The notes under the pieces were generated by a model. It did no database searches. It saw only the letters and a program-made list of their open reading frames with translations, and had not been told where the DNA came from. 64,000 nucleotides of DNA from Candidatus Giovannonibacteria bacterium RIFOXYD1_FULL_48_21 (lineage in GTDB: Bacteria > Patescibacteriota > Minisyncoccia > JACPKW01 > UBA11713), in assembly GCA_001778985.1 (NCBI GenBank), contig MFIU01000001.1:126001-190000 (forward strand), written 5' to 3'. Positions 29,505 through 38,521 of the stretch are shown one piece after another. The number at the start of each line of letters is the position of its first letter. Position 1 is the stretch's first letter. Position numbers and translations under genes: made by a program.

Positions 29505-29611
29505 GCGATAGCTGGAGAATTAAATTCACTCCCGAAGGAGAACAAGATTTAACCAGACTCGATAGAATTGAGCTTAGAGATAAAGTTTATAAGAAGAGAA
29601 GGAAAAGATGA
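29501..29611 (+). pseudogene. truncated RelE/ParE-family toxin-like remnant (36 codons)
   Basis: translation SDSWRIKFTPEGEQDLTRLDRIELRDKVYKK matches the N-terminal helix pattern of RelE/ParE toxins (I/V-x-F-T-x-x-A/G-x-x-D-L-x-x-L) but stops after 36 aa; its stop overlaps the adk ATG. Confidence 0.25.
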
Positions 29612-30195
29612 TTTCCAAATCCACCACTCTGGTTTTTCTGGGGCGGTCGGGAAGCGGGAAAGATACCCAGATTGATTTTTTATTCAAGCGTCCTGATTTT
29701 GCGGGCGCGATTAGAACCGACACCGGCGGGCGTTTCCGAGAACTGGCCCAGCGCGATTCAGTGCTTTGGAAAAAAGCTAAAGACGTTTTGGATCGAGGCG
29801 CTCGCCAGCCGGACTGGTTTGCGTTCTCGCTCTGGCTTTTTTTGGTTGGAGAGAAATTAAAAAGCGATGAGATACTTGTTTCCAGCGGTTCGCCGCGCTC
29901 CTTGCGGGAAGCGAGGCTCATTGACGAGGCCCTCGCGTTTATGGAAAGGCCTCTGGCGGTCGCGGTTTTGGTTGAGGTGAGCCCCCCAGAAGCCACAAAG
30001 AGACTTTTCGCGAGGGGGCGCACGGATGATAACAAAAAGGGCATCGCAGAGCGCATGGCTTGGTTTGAAACCGATGTTATGCCGGCGGTCGAATACTATA
30101 GCGAAGAAAAACGCCTCATCGAAGTTGGCGGCGAGCCTAGTCCGGAAGAGGTTTTTAAAGAATTGGAAGAAAAGCTGGAAAAATATTTTCGATGA
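29608..30195 (+). CDS. adk: adenylate kinase (short-LID type, divergent)
   Basis: P-loop LVFLGRSGSGKDTQ, ARGRTDDN LID motif, conserved position after secY. Confidence 0.6.
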   Translation: MISKSTTLVFLGRSGSGKDTQIDFLFKRPDFAGAIRTDTGGRFRELAQRDSVLWKKAKDVLDRGARQPDWFAFSLWLFLVGEKLKSDEILVSSGSPRSLREARLIDEALAFMERPLAVAVLVEVSPPEATKRLFARGRTDDNKKGIAERMAWFETDVMPAVEYYSEEKRLIEVGGEPSPEEVFKELEEKLEKYFR

Positions 30196-30953
30196 GCGTA
30201 AAAACTCAGGAAGAAATTCAAATTTTGCGCGAAGGCGGCAGAAAACTAGCCGTCGTTTTGGACGCCTTAAAAAGAGAGCTCTCTGACGGAGTTTCGGCCG
30301 AAGACCTGGACCGCCTCGCGGAAAAATTAATCCGCGAGGCCGGGGGCGAGCCGTCTTTCAAAGGCTATCAAGGCGCTAAAGACAAATATCCTTATTCGGC
30401 CACCGTCTGTTTCTCCATCAACGACGAAGTGGTCCACGGGCTTCCGGACGGCAAAAAAATTAAGGACGGAGATATTATCGGTCTGGATATCGGCATGAAA
30501 TATAAAAATCTTTTTACGGATATGGCTCAGACGATTGGGATTGGTAAAATCGATGAATCTGGCGAAAGATTGATTAGAGTCACGAAAGAAACTCTGGATT
30601 TTGCCATCTCCAAAGTCCGGCCCGGAATTAAAACTGGGGATTTAGGCGAAGCAATTCAGAACTTTGTTGAATCCCGTGGTTTCGGCGTGGTGCGGAATTT
30701 GGTGGGACACGGCGTCGGCTATCAGGTTCACGAAGAGCCGCAGATTCCGAACTGGGGGAAATCAGGCACGGGCCTAGAGCTGGTGGAGGGGATGGTGATT
30801 GCGATTGAGCCCATGGTCACGGAGGGGGATTATAATTTGAAGCTCGCCAAGGACGGCTGGACCTGGAAGACTAAAGACGGCAAACGAGCCGCGCATTTTG
30901 AACATACTTTGGTTATAACCAAAACCGGCGCCGAAGTGCTGACTATGTGCTAA
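30192..30953 (+). CDS. map: methionine aminopeptidase type I
   Basis: pita-bread fold motifs (VVHG, DIGM, GHGVG, HFEHT). Confidence 0.85.
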   Translation: MSVKTQEEIQILREGGRKLAVVLDALKRELSDGVSAEDLDRLAEKLIREAGGEPSFKGYQGAKDKYPYSATVCFSINDEVVHGLPDGKKIKDGDIIGLDIGMKYKNLFTDMAQTIGIGKIDESGERLIRVTKETLDFAISKVRPGIKTGDLGEAIQNFVESRGFGVVRNLVGHGVGYQVHEEPQIPNWGKSGTGLELVEGMVIAIEPMVTEGDYNLKLAKDGWTWKTKDGKRAAHFEHTLVITKTGAEVLTMC

Positions 30954-30963
30954 AATAAATCTA

Positions 30964-31776
30964 ATGCCGCAGCCGGATATCTACCCCGTTAGAAGTAAGT
31001 CGCCGTCGGCGACTGCCGTTCCTTTCTCGGAACGGACTTCTAACGGGGTCTATCTCTCCGTCATAATTCCCGCGTACAACGAGGCGGAGCGATTGCCTAA
31101 AACTTTAAGAAGATTTCAGGAATATTTTCAATCCAAACCCTTTTCTTATGAGATTATCGTGGCCGCGGACGGCCCTTCTGACAATACGATTGAAATTGCC
31201 CAAAATATGGCCGCGGAGATAAAAAATCTTAAGGTTTTGGAACGAAGGCAAAACCGCGGCAAAGGTTACACCGTCCGGGAAGGGATGCTGGCCGCCCAAG
31301 GCCGCCTCCGGCTTTTCGCCGACGCCGACAATTCCACGGATATTTCTCATTTTGACAAAATGCGCTCTCTTTTTGATAAGGGCTGCGACGTGGTCATTTG
31401 CTCCCGCGACGAAAAGGATGCCCCGGGCGCGAAACAAGCGGTTCCTCAAGCGTGGCCTAAGCGCCTTTTAGGGAATATGGGAAACCTTTTTATCCAATTC
31501 ATTGCGGTTCGGGGGATTTGGGACACCCAGTGCGGTTTTAAGGCTTTTCGCTCCGCGGCGGCTCAAAATATTTTCTCGCGCGCCAGAATAAACCGCTGGG
31601 GCTTTGACATCGAAGTTTTGGCGCTGGCCCGCGCTTTGAATTATAAAATCGGCATCATCCCCGCCAACTGGATAAACGACCCCAAAAGCCACGTGAAATT
31701 GTCCGGGTATTTGCAGGTTTTGTGGGAGACCGTCAAAATAAGATGGAATTTAATGACGGGCCGATATAATTTATGA
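30964..31776 (+). CDS. family-2 glycosyltransferase (DPM1-like) carrying a 23-codon in-frame element insertion near the N-terminus
   Basis: LSVIIPAYNEAERL...IIVAADGPSDNT... Confidence 0.7.
   Translation: MPQPDIYPVRSKSPSATAVPFSERTSNGVYLSVIIPAYNEAERLPKTLRRFQEYFQSKPFSYEIIVAADGPSDNTIEIAQNMAAEIKNLKVLERRQNRGKGYTVREGMLAAQGRLRLFADADNSTDISHFDKMRSLFDKGCDVVICSRDEKDAPGAKQAVPQAWPKRLLGNMGNLFIQFIAVRGIWDTQCGFKAFRSAAAQNIFSRARINRWGFDIEVLALARALNYKIGIIPANWINDPKSHVKLSGYLQVLWETVKIRWNLMTGRYNL
30984..31048. mobile_element. MITE-like TIR element, subtype D (65 bp), inserted in frame in the GT2 gene
   Basis: TIR CCCCGTTAGAAGT / ACTTCTAACGGGG; perfect 4-bp direct repeat TCTA on both sides; 65+4=69 bp keeps the reading frame. 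Confidence 0.6.
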
Positions 31777-32744
31777 CCCGTTCCGAATTTCGAAAAGATA
31801 TTGTTTCCGGGGATTGGATTTTGGTGGCCGGCGGTCTCAAGAAGAAGCCGAATTTTTTCGCGAAAGCCCCGAAAAAAATAAAGATATCAAAAAAGGGATG
31901 CCCCTTTGAAAATGTGAAAGAGGGACATAAATTAATTTTATCTTCCGAGTTTGCTAAAGTGGTTTTGAATAAATTTCCTATTTTGACTCCGCGCAAGGTC
32001 TGCCCCATTCCTCTTTCCGAAGCTCCTTACGAAAAAATGGCCGGCGTAGGTTTTCAGGAACTCGTCATCACTCCGGACCATTCGCGCTCTTTGGGAGATA
32101 TGATGAAAGAGGAAATCCTTTCCGTCCTTGAAGCTTATCTCTCGCGCTACCAGGCGCTGAAAAAGGAGAAATGCATCGAATATATTTTGATTTTTCACAA
32201 CCACGGACCCTCGGCCGGCGCCACCGTGCCGCATCCGCACTCGCAAATTTTAGCTCTGCCCATAATCCCTTTGGATGTTGAAAGGAGCCTTTCCGGCTCG
32301 GCCAGCTACTTTAAGAAATACTCCCGCTGTGTTCACTGCGCCATTCTTAAAAAAGAGCTTCGGAATAAAAAAAGAATCATCTACAAAAATAAAGACTTCA
32401 TTGCGATTGCGCCCTACGCCTCGCATGTTTCTTTCGAAACCAGGCTTTACCCCTTGAAGCACGGTTCCAATTTCGAAGAGATGAGCCAGGCGGAGAAAGA
32501 AAATTTCGCGGATATGATGCGAGCCGTCTTCGCCAAACTTAAAAATGGGATGAATAATCCGGATTATAATTTTTTCATCCATACTGCCCCGGTCAAGGCC
32601 GACCACGTGAAACATTATCACTGGCATCTCGAGATTCTGCCGCGGACCAACATCTGGGGCGGGGTGGAGCTCGGCACCGGAACCGAAGTGATTAAAATGC
32701 CTCCCGAAGAATCCGCCAAAATTTTACGCGAAGCCAGGACATGA
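31773..32744 (+). CDS. galactose-1-phosphate uridylyltransferase-family (HIT branch) nucleotidyltransferase
   Basis: HPHSQ (H-x-H-x-Q) active-site motif and CxxC zinc site upstream. Confidence 0.5.
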   Translation: MTRSEFRKDIVSGDWILVAGGLKKKPNFFAKAPKKIKISKKGCPFENVKEGHKLILSSEFAKVVLNKFPILTPRKVCPIPLSEAPYEKMAGVGFQELVITPDHSRSLGDMMKEEILSVLEAYLSRYQALKKEKCIEYILIFHNHGPSAGATVPHPHSQILALPIIPLDVERSLSGSASYFKKYSRCVHCAILKKELRNKKRIIYKNKDFIAIAPYASHVSFETRLYPLKHGSNFEEMSQAEKENFADMMRAVFAKLKNGMNNPDYNFFIHTAPVKADHVKHYHWHLEILPRTNIWGGVELGTGTEVIKMPPEESAKILREART

Positions 32745-33358
32745 TGGAAAGTTTTTTCGGATTCGATTTGGTTTCTTTGATTAAAACCGCGGGCTACCTC
32801 GGGCTTTTCGGGATTATCTTTGCCGAATCCGGGCTTTTGATTGGTTTTTTTCTGCCCGGAGACAGCTTGTTGTTTACGGCCGGTTTTCTGGCTTCCCAAG
32901 GGGTTTTGAATGTTTGGCTCCTGGTCCCGTTGACTTTTATTGCCGCGGTCTTGGGAGATAATTTCGGCTATGCCTTCGGGCGGAGAGTCGGGCCCGCGAT
33001 TTTCAGGAAGGAAAACTCGCTTTTCTTCCGCAAAGAATATTTGGAACGCGCCCGAATTTTTTACGAAGTGCACGGCGGGAAAACTCTGATACTCGCCAGA
33101 TTTTTGCCTGTCATCAGAACTTTCGCGCCCATTTTGGCCGGGGTGGGGGGAATGCGCTACCGAGCTTTTCTTTTTTATAATTTTTTGGGCGCGGTCTTGT
33201 GGGCCATCGGCCTGACGCTTTTGGGTTTCTATCTGGGAAATTTCATTCCCGGGGTAGACCGTTACTTTATCCCCATTGTTCTGGCGATTATCATTTTTTC
33301 CAGCCTCCCCGGTCTGGTGCATCTTTTCAGAAACAGGAAACTTTTGACTAAGCCGTGA
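32741..33358 (+). CDS. DedA/SNARE-associated family membrane protein
   Basis: GLFGIIFAESGLLIGFFLPGDSLLFTAGFLA. Confidence 0.75.
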   Translation: MMESFFGFDLVSLIKTAGYLGLFGIIFAESGLLIGFFLPGDSLLFTAGFLASQGVLNVWLLVPLTFIAAVLGDNFGYAFGRRVGPAIFRKENSLFFRKEYLERARIFYEVHGGKTLILARFLPVIRTFAPILAGVGGMRYRAFLFYNFLGAVLWAIGLTLLGFYLGNFIPGVDRYFIPIVLAIIIFSSLPGLVHLFRNRKLLTKP

Positions 33359-34104
33359 AAAAGACCATTATTGCCAATTGGAAGATGGATCCGACAAGCG
33401 CCCGAGAGGCCCGACAGCTTTTCGCGCAGATAAAAAACAAAGTCCGGAAGTTGAGAGGCGTGGAAACGGTAATCGCGCCGCCCTTCGTCTATCTGCCGCT
33501 TTTTAGGCCGACGAGTCATTTTAAACTTGGCGCCCAAGATGTTTCTTTCGCCAGCGAAGGCGCTTGGACCGGAGAGATTTCGGCCAAGATGCTCCTGGAT
33601 TTAAAAGTTTCTTATGTCCTCGTTGGCCATTCGGAACGAAGAGAGCTCGGCGAAACCCATAATTCCGTGCATCAAAAACTGGCGGCCGCCCTTTCCAAAG
33701 GACTTCGCGCGGTTTTATGCGTGGGCGAGAAGGAGCGAAGCCGCGAAGCTTTCCCGGCGCTGGTGCGCGAGGAAGTAAAGTCGGCTCTGAAGGGCGTGCC
33801 GAGGCGTTTTGCCGCCAGAGCCCTCATCGCCTATGAGCCGGTTTGGGCCATCTCTTCTCACTCCGGCGGCAGGGCCGACACCTCTCAGAATTTTTTTGAG
33901 ATGTCCATTTTTATCCGGCGCCTTGTTCTCGATATCTGGGGCAAGTCCGCGGCGCTGAAACTTCCGATTCTCTACGGCGGCTCGGTCAATTCCAAAAATG
34001 CCGCCGGATTTTTGGGAGTGAAAAGCTCCGGAGGGCTTCTGGTCGGCCAGGCGAGTTTGAACCCCGGGGAGTTTAGCAAAATACTCGAGGCGGCGTCACG
34101 ATGA
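33355..34104 (+). CDS. tpiA: triosephosphate isomerase
   Basis: ANWKM, VGHSERR, YEPVWAI. Confidence 0.85.
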   Translation: MKKTIIANWKMDPTSAREARQLFAQIKNKVRKLRGVETVIAPPFVYLPLFRPTSHFKLGAQDVSFASEGAWTGEISAKMLLDLKVSYVLVGHSERRELGETHNSVHQKLAAALSKGLRAVLCVGEKERSREAFPALVREEVKSALKGVPRRFAARALIAYEPVWAISSHSGGRADTSQNFFEMSIFIRRLVLDIWGKSAALKLPILYGGSVNSKNAAGFLGVKSSGGLLVGQASLNPGEFSKILEAASR

Positions 34105-35063
34105 GGAATTTGAGAAAGGCCGAAGTTCGGGGAAAACGCGTTTTGGTACGGGTTGATTTTAACGTTTCCCTGATTGGGCGCGGTGAGAGGAGAATAGAAA
34201 AAACTTTGCCGACCCTGCGCTATCTTCTCGGAAAAGGGGCCAAACTGGTTCTGGCCACACATATGGAGAAGAATGACGGGATTCGCCCCAGCACCAAAAA
34301 GCTTTCTGAATTTCTTAGAAAAACTTATTTTCGGCGAGAGAAAAATTTAGAAATTCTCGAAAACCTTCGCTGGAACCCTGGCGAGGAAAATTGTTCTTTG
34401 GGGTTTGCGAAGCGCCTGGCCCGGGGCGCGGATTTATACGTGAATGAGGCTTTCGCGGCATCGCACCGCCGGCACGCCTCGATCGTCCTTTTGCCGCGGC
34501 TTTTGCCGTCTTATTGCGGTTTTTTGTTCGAAAACGAAATTAAAAATCTCTCCAAAGTTTTTCGGCCGCCCCATCCTTTCACTTTTATTTTAGGCGGCGG
34601 GAAAGTTGAAACCAAACTCCCAATTTTGAAAAGCCTCCTTCCGAGAGCTGACCGGGTCTTGGTCGGCGGCAAACTGCTGGACCTTTTTGCCCTAGGAAAA
34701 AAGCCGCCCCCTTCCAAAAAAATAATTTTGCCGAAAGAAATCATAGTTTTGAGAAAGAAAGTCGTGGACGTCGGGCCGGGAAGTTTTGAGGAGTGGGCCA
34801 GAGTTATCAAAGAATCAAAGCTAGTGGTCTGGAACGGCCCTTTGGGATATATCGAGAAAGGGTTTAATGGCGGCACCAAGAAATTGATTTCGATTTTGAA
34901 GAAGACGAGGGCCGAAGTTATCATCGGCGGCGGGGACACGCTCGATTTCTTGCCCCAGACTCTCCCGAAGAATATTTTTGTTTCCACTGGCGGCGGTGCT
35001 ATGCTGGAATATCTGGCAAAAGGCACCTTGCCAGGGATGCGGGCATTAGAAATTAGGAATTAG
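34101..35063 (+). CDS. pgk: phosphoglycerate kinase (compact, 320 aa)
   Basis: RVDFNV, NPGEE, ASHRRHAS, GGGKVETK, WNGPLG, GGGDT. Confidence 0.8.
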   Translation: MRNLRKAEVRGKRVLVRVDFNVSLIGRGERRIEKTLPTLRYLLGKGAKLVLATHMEKNDGIRPSTKKLSEFLRKTYFRREKNLEILENLRWNPGEENCSLGFAKRLARGADLYVNEAFAASHRRHASIVLLPRLLPSYCGFLFENEIKNLSKVFRPPHPFTFILGGGKVETKLPILKSLLPRADRVLVGGKLLDLFALGKKPPPSKKIILPKEIIVLRKKVVDVGPGSFEEWARVIKESKLVVWNGPLGYIEKGFNGGTKKLISILKKTRAEVIIGGGDTLDFLPQTLPKNIFVSTGGGAMLEYLAKGTLPGMRALEIRN

Positions 35064-35076
35064 AAATTTAAGAAGT

Positions 35077-35871
35077 ATGTGGTTCAAGGATGCGGAAAAT
35101 TTCAAAAAATACTGCGGTTACGAAATAAACGGCGTTTGGTATCCGCGGGTCACGAAGATTATTGATATTAAATCCAAACCGGCGCTTGAATTTTTTTATA
35201 AAGACATGGAGAATTTTTCAGCCGCCAGGCAGGTTTCCTCGAAGTCCGCCCAAGAGGGCTCTTTGGTTCATGAGGTGGTTCAAAAATTGGCGGTGGGAGA
35301 GAAAACCGATATCCCTCCGGAAATTAAATCCGCGGTGGAAGCTTTTCAGGAGATGCAGGAGGAAAAAAATATTGTTTTTTATCCCGAGTTCATAGAAAAA
35401 AGAGTCTGGTCAGCGGAGAATCGTTACGCCGGAACCCTCGACGCCCTGGCCACCATTGACGGCAAGTTTGGGGTTTTAGATATCAAGACCTCGGCCGGCT
35501 TTTATCCGGAATACAATTTACAGACCGCGGCCTACCTCCAGGCCCTGCGGGAGGAGGAAGTGAAAAGCGACTTGGCCCTTCCGGAAGAAGTCCAGACCCG
35601 CTGGATTTTACGCGTAAATCAGCACCGGGTCTGCAAAAAATGCGGCGCAAAACTTCGGGAGAAGGGCGGCCGGAGCAAGGTGACTTTGGCCAAAAATAAC
35701 GGCATTAAGCCCTGTAAAGATGAGGAACACGATTGGAGTCTGGTCATCGGCGACGTGGAGCTGAAAGAATTCCCGTACTACGCCCGAGATATCAAAGCGT
35801 TTCTCGCCGCCAAAATCCTCTGGGAGTGGGAGAACGATTACTGGCTCAGGCAGATTGGCTATTCCAGATGA
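35077..35871 (+). CDS. Cas4/RecB-like PD-(D/E)XK nuclease with 4-Cys (Fe-S) signature, stand-alone
   Basis: LDAL...IDG...VLDIKTS (D-EXK) and QTAAY (QxxxY); one N-terminal Cys plus C-terminal CKKC...C. Confidence 0.5.
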   Translation: MWFKDAENFKKYCGYEINGVWYPRVTKIIDIKSKPALEFFYKDMENFSAARQVSSKSAQEGSLVHEVVQKLAVGEKTDIPPEIKSAVEAFQEMQEEKNIVFYPEFIEKRVWSAENRYAGTLDALATIDGKFGVLDIKTSAGFYPEYNLQTAAYLQALREEEVKSDLALPEEVQTRWILRVNQHRVCKKCGAKLREKGGRSKVTLAKNNGIKPCKDEEHDWSLVIGDVELKEFPYYARDIKAFLAAKILWEWENDYWLRQIGYSR

Positions 35872-36326
35872 CGTTTAAAGCGGCCTCTGAAAAACTGATT
35901 GTCTATACTGACGGAGGGGCGAGAGGAAACCCCGGGCCGGCGGCTTTGGGAGTTGTGATTCAGGACGCGAAAGGCCGCGCTATTAAAAAATATGGGGAGC
36001 GCTTGGGGATTAAAACTAACAATGAAGCCGAATATGAGGCGGTTATTTTCGCCCTTCAGAAATTAAAAGCGCTTTACGGCAGAGAAAAAACAAAAAAAAT
36101 GCAGATTGACATGCGGATGGATTCGGAGTTTGTGGCCAAGCAGTTGAACGGCGCGTACAAAGTTGAAGAGGAGCGGCTTTTCCCGCTTTTCATCAAAGTT
36201 TGGAATTTGAAGATGGATTTTAGGGGAATCAGTTTTACGCATGTTCCCCGCACTCAAAATAAAGAAGCGGATAAGATTTTGAATGAAGTTTTGGACGGGA
36301 AAGGGGCGCCGACGCTTTTCGGATGA
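35868..36326 (+). CDS. rnhA: ribonuclease HI
   Basis: VYTDGGARGNPGPAALGVVI...TNNEAEYEAVI...MDSEFV; ATGA overlap with the upstream gene. Confidence 0.8.
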   Translation: MTFKAASEKLIVYTDGGARGNPGPAALGVVIQDAKGRAIKKYGERLGIKTNNEAEYEAVIFALQKLKALYGREKTKKMQIDMRMDSEFVAKQLNGAYKVEEERLFPLFIKVWNLKMDFRGISFTHVPRTQNKEADKILNEVLDGKGAPTLFG

Positions 36327-37654
36327 GAAATTTTTTCGTTGTTATCCTGGCTGGATTTTTTTCAGGAGTGTTCATTCGCTCCTTTTTTGATTTTGGCTTT
36401 GAGTTTGCGGCACTTTTTATATTTTTAGGAGCTATTCTGGGGTTTCTTTTTTGGCGTTTTTTGTTTTCAAATTTTATTATTTTTTCAGCGATATTTTTCG
36501 TATCTTTTAGCTTGGGTGTTCTCCGTTATGAGATTCGAGACGCCCGCCCCGCCCTAACACCCGGGGAAGTTAAACTTTCCGGAACGATTATCGACGACCC
36601 CCAGAGACTCGATAAGTTCACGCGAGCCGTATTTGAAACAAGTGAGAGTGCGAAAGTTCTTTTGACCTTGCCGCATTATCCCGAAGTTAATTACGGCGAC
36701 AAACTTACCGTCGAAGGCCGTCTCGAAGAGCCTGCCCGGCAGCTGCCGGGTTCAGATTTCGACTGGAAGTCGTATTTAGCCAAAGATAATATTTATTTTG
36801 AAATCTTTTTGCCTAAAATAATCGTGCGAGAAGAAGGAGGCGGTTTTTGGCTGAAGCGATTTTTATTCGCGGTCAAGCATCGGTTCTTGGAAAATCTTTC
36901 AAGGGTTTTGCCGGAGCCGCATAGCGCGTTTCTGGCCGGACTTACGGTGGGCGAGCGGACTTCGCTTCCGGAGGAGCTCGAAGAAAATTTCAGAAAAGTG
37001 GGAGTGGTTCATATCATCGTTCTTTCCGGATATAACATTTCAATTATTGCTGACAGCTCCCTGAAACTTATCGGATATTTGCCGATTGCCAAGGTTTTCA
37101 GAACGCTTCTGGCGACTGGCGGTATTTTACTCTTCGCGATTTTAACGGGCGCCTCGGCGACCGTCGTCCGAGCCGCGATTATGGGTATTTTGCTTCTCTG
37201 GGCCAGAGAAACCGGGAAAATTTATCAGGCACTCGCGGCTTTGATTTTCGCGGCCTTTTTGATGACTTTGGTGAATCCAAAGGTTTTGCGCTTTGACGCC
37301 TCGTTTCAGCTGTCATTTTTAGCCACCGCTGGCTTGATTTTTCTGGTTCCAAGGCTCGAGAAATATTTTAAGTGGTTTCCTAATTTCTGGAAATTCCGCG
37401 AGCATCTTTTAGCCACCATCTCCACGCAAATTTTTGTCTTACCGCTTTTGCTCTCGTTAGGCGGGACATTTTCCTGGGCAACTATTCCCGCGAATCTTCT
37501 GATTTTAAGCGCGATTCCTTCCACCATGTTTTTCGGTTTTATTTCAGGCCTGGCCGGTTTTTTCTCCTACTATCTTTCCTGGCTCTTGGCCTGGCCCGCG
37601 TATTTTCTTTTGGCCTATGAGCTTTGGGTGGTTAAAATTTTCGCCGGACAGTGA
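36323..37654 (+). CDS. comEC: ComEC/Rec2 competence channel, N-terminal and competence domains (split gene, part 1)
   Basis: multi-TM; VHIIVLSGYNISII motif. Confidence 0.7.
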   Translation: MRNFFVVILAGFFSGVFIRSFFDFGFEFAALFIFLGAILGFLFWRFLFSNFIIFSAIFFVSFSLGVLRYEIRDARPALTPGEVKLSGTIIDDPQRLDKFTRAVFETSESAKVLLTLPHYPEVNYGDKLTVEGRLEEPARQLPGSDFDWKSYLAKDNIYFEIFLPKIIVREEGGGFWLKRFLFAVKHRFLENLSRVLPEPHSAFLAGLTVGERTSLPEELEENFRKVGVVHIIVLSGYNISIIADSSLKLIGYLPIAKVFRTLLATGGILLFAILTGASATVVRAAIMGILLLWARETGKIYQALAALIFAAFLMTLVNPKVLRFDASFQLSFLATAGLIFLVPRLEKYFKWFPNFWKFREHLLATISTQIFVLPLLLSLGGTFSWATIPANLLILSAIPSTMFFGFISGLAGFFSYYLSWLLAWPAYFLLAYELWVVKIFAGQ

Positions 37655-38499
37655 AAAAAAGATTTAAGTATCTTTTTATTTTAGGGCTGGTCGCGATTAC
37701 GGCTCTGCTTTGGCGGCAAGTTTTTTATTTAGAGAAGAGAGAGCTGAAGTTTTACGTTCTGGACGTGGGCCAAGGGGACGCGATTTTCATTGAGACGCCG
37801 ACGAAAAACCAGATTTTAATAGACGGCGGACCGGAGCGGAGCGTTTTGGAAGAGCTCGGCGAAGTCATGCCGTTTTACGACCGCACGATTGATTTAGTTC
37901 TGCTTACGCATCCAAATTTAGACCACGCGGCCGGTTTGGTGAACGTGCTTAAAAGTTACGAAGTCAAATATTTTGTCGATACGGATGATTCTTATTATCT
38001 CGCGGAGTATGAGGAATTGAAGAAAATTGTCGAAGAGAAAAATATTTCTCGTGTTATAGCTCGTCGGGGAACGAAAATTGTTTTAGATCGCGGGGCGGAG
38101 CTTGTTATTCTTCATCCGGATAAGTTGGCCAAGGGCGAACCGAATCAAAATAGCATCATCACCCAACTCTCTTTTGGAGATATTGATTTTCTCCTTACGG
38201 GTGACGCGGAAAAAGGCGAGGAGTTAAAATTGATAGAGAATGGCGACGACCTTCAGAGCGAAGTTTTAAAAGTCGGACATCACGGCTCCAAAACTTCTTC
38301 CAATCCTTTGTTCCTGGAAAAAGTTAAGCCGCGATACGCTTTAATCTCCGTTGGCCGCCAAAACCGCTACGGCCATCCCGCGAGCGAAGTCTTAAATAGC
38401 CTCGCGCTCGCCGGCGCAAAAATTTTTCGAACCGACGCGGACTCCCGGATTAAGATTGAAAGCAACGGGACAGATTTGACTGTAAGCCCAGAAAAGTAG
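37651..38499 (+). CDS. ComEC C-terminal metallo-beta-lactamase domain protein (split gene, part 2)
   Basis: DVGQGDAIFIETP, LTHPNLDHAAGL, VGHHGSKTSS. Confidence 0.7.
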   Translation: MKKRFKYLFILGLVAITALLWRQVFYLEKRELKFYVLDVGQGDAIFIETPTKNQILIDGGPERSVLEELGEVMPFYDRTIDLVLLTHPNLDHAAGLVNVLKSYEVKYFVDTDDSYYLAEYEELKKIVEEKNISRVIARRGTKIVLDRGAELVILHPDKLAKGEPNQNSIITQLSFGDIDFLLTGDAEKGEELKLIENGDDLQSEVLKVGHHGSKTSSNPLFLEKVKPRYALISVGRQNRYGHPASEVLNSLALAGAKIFRTDADSRIKIESNGTDLTVSPEK

Positions 38500-38521
38500 T
38501 ATTATCAGAAATACTTATTTT

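Noticed and set aside
34101-35063. pgk as a truncated pseudogene (320 aa versus ~390)
   Set aside because: All catalytic and hinge motifs from both lobes are present in order. The shortening looks like loop reduction common in reduced genomes rather than truncation.
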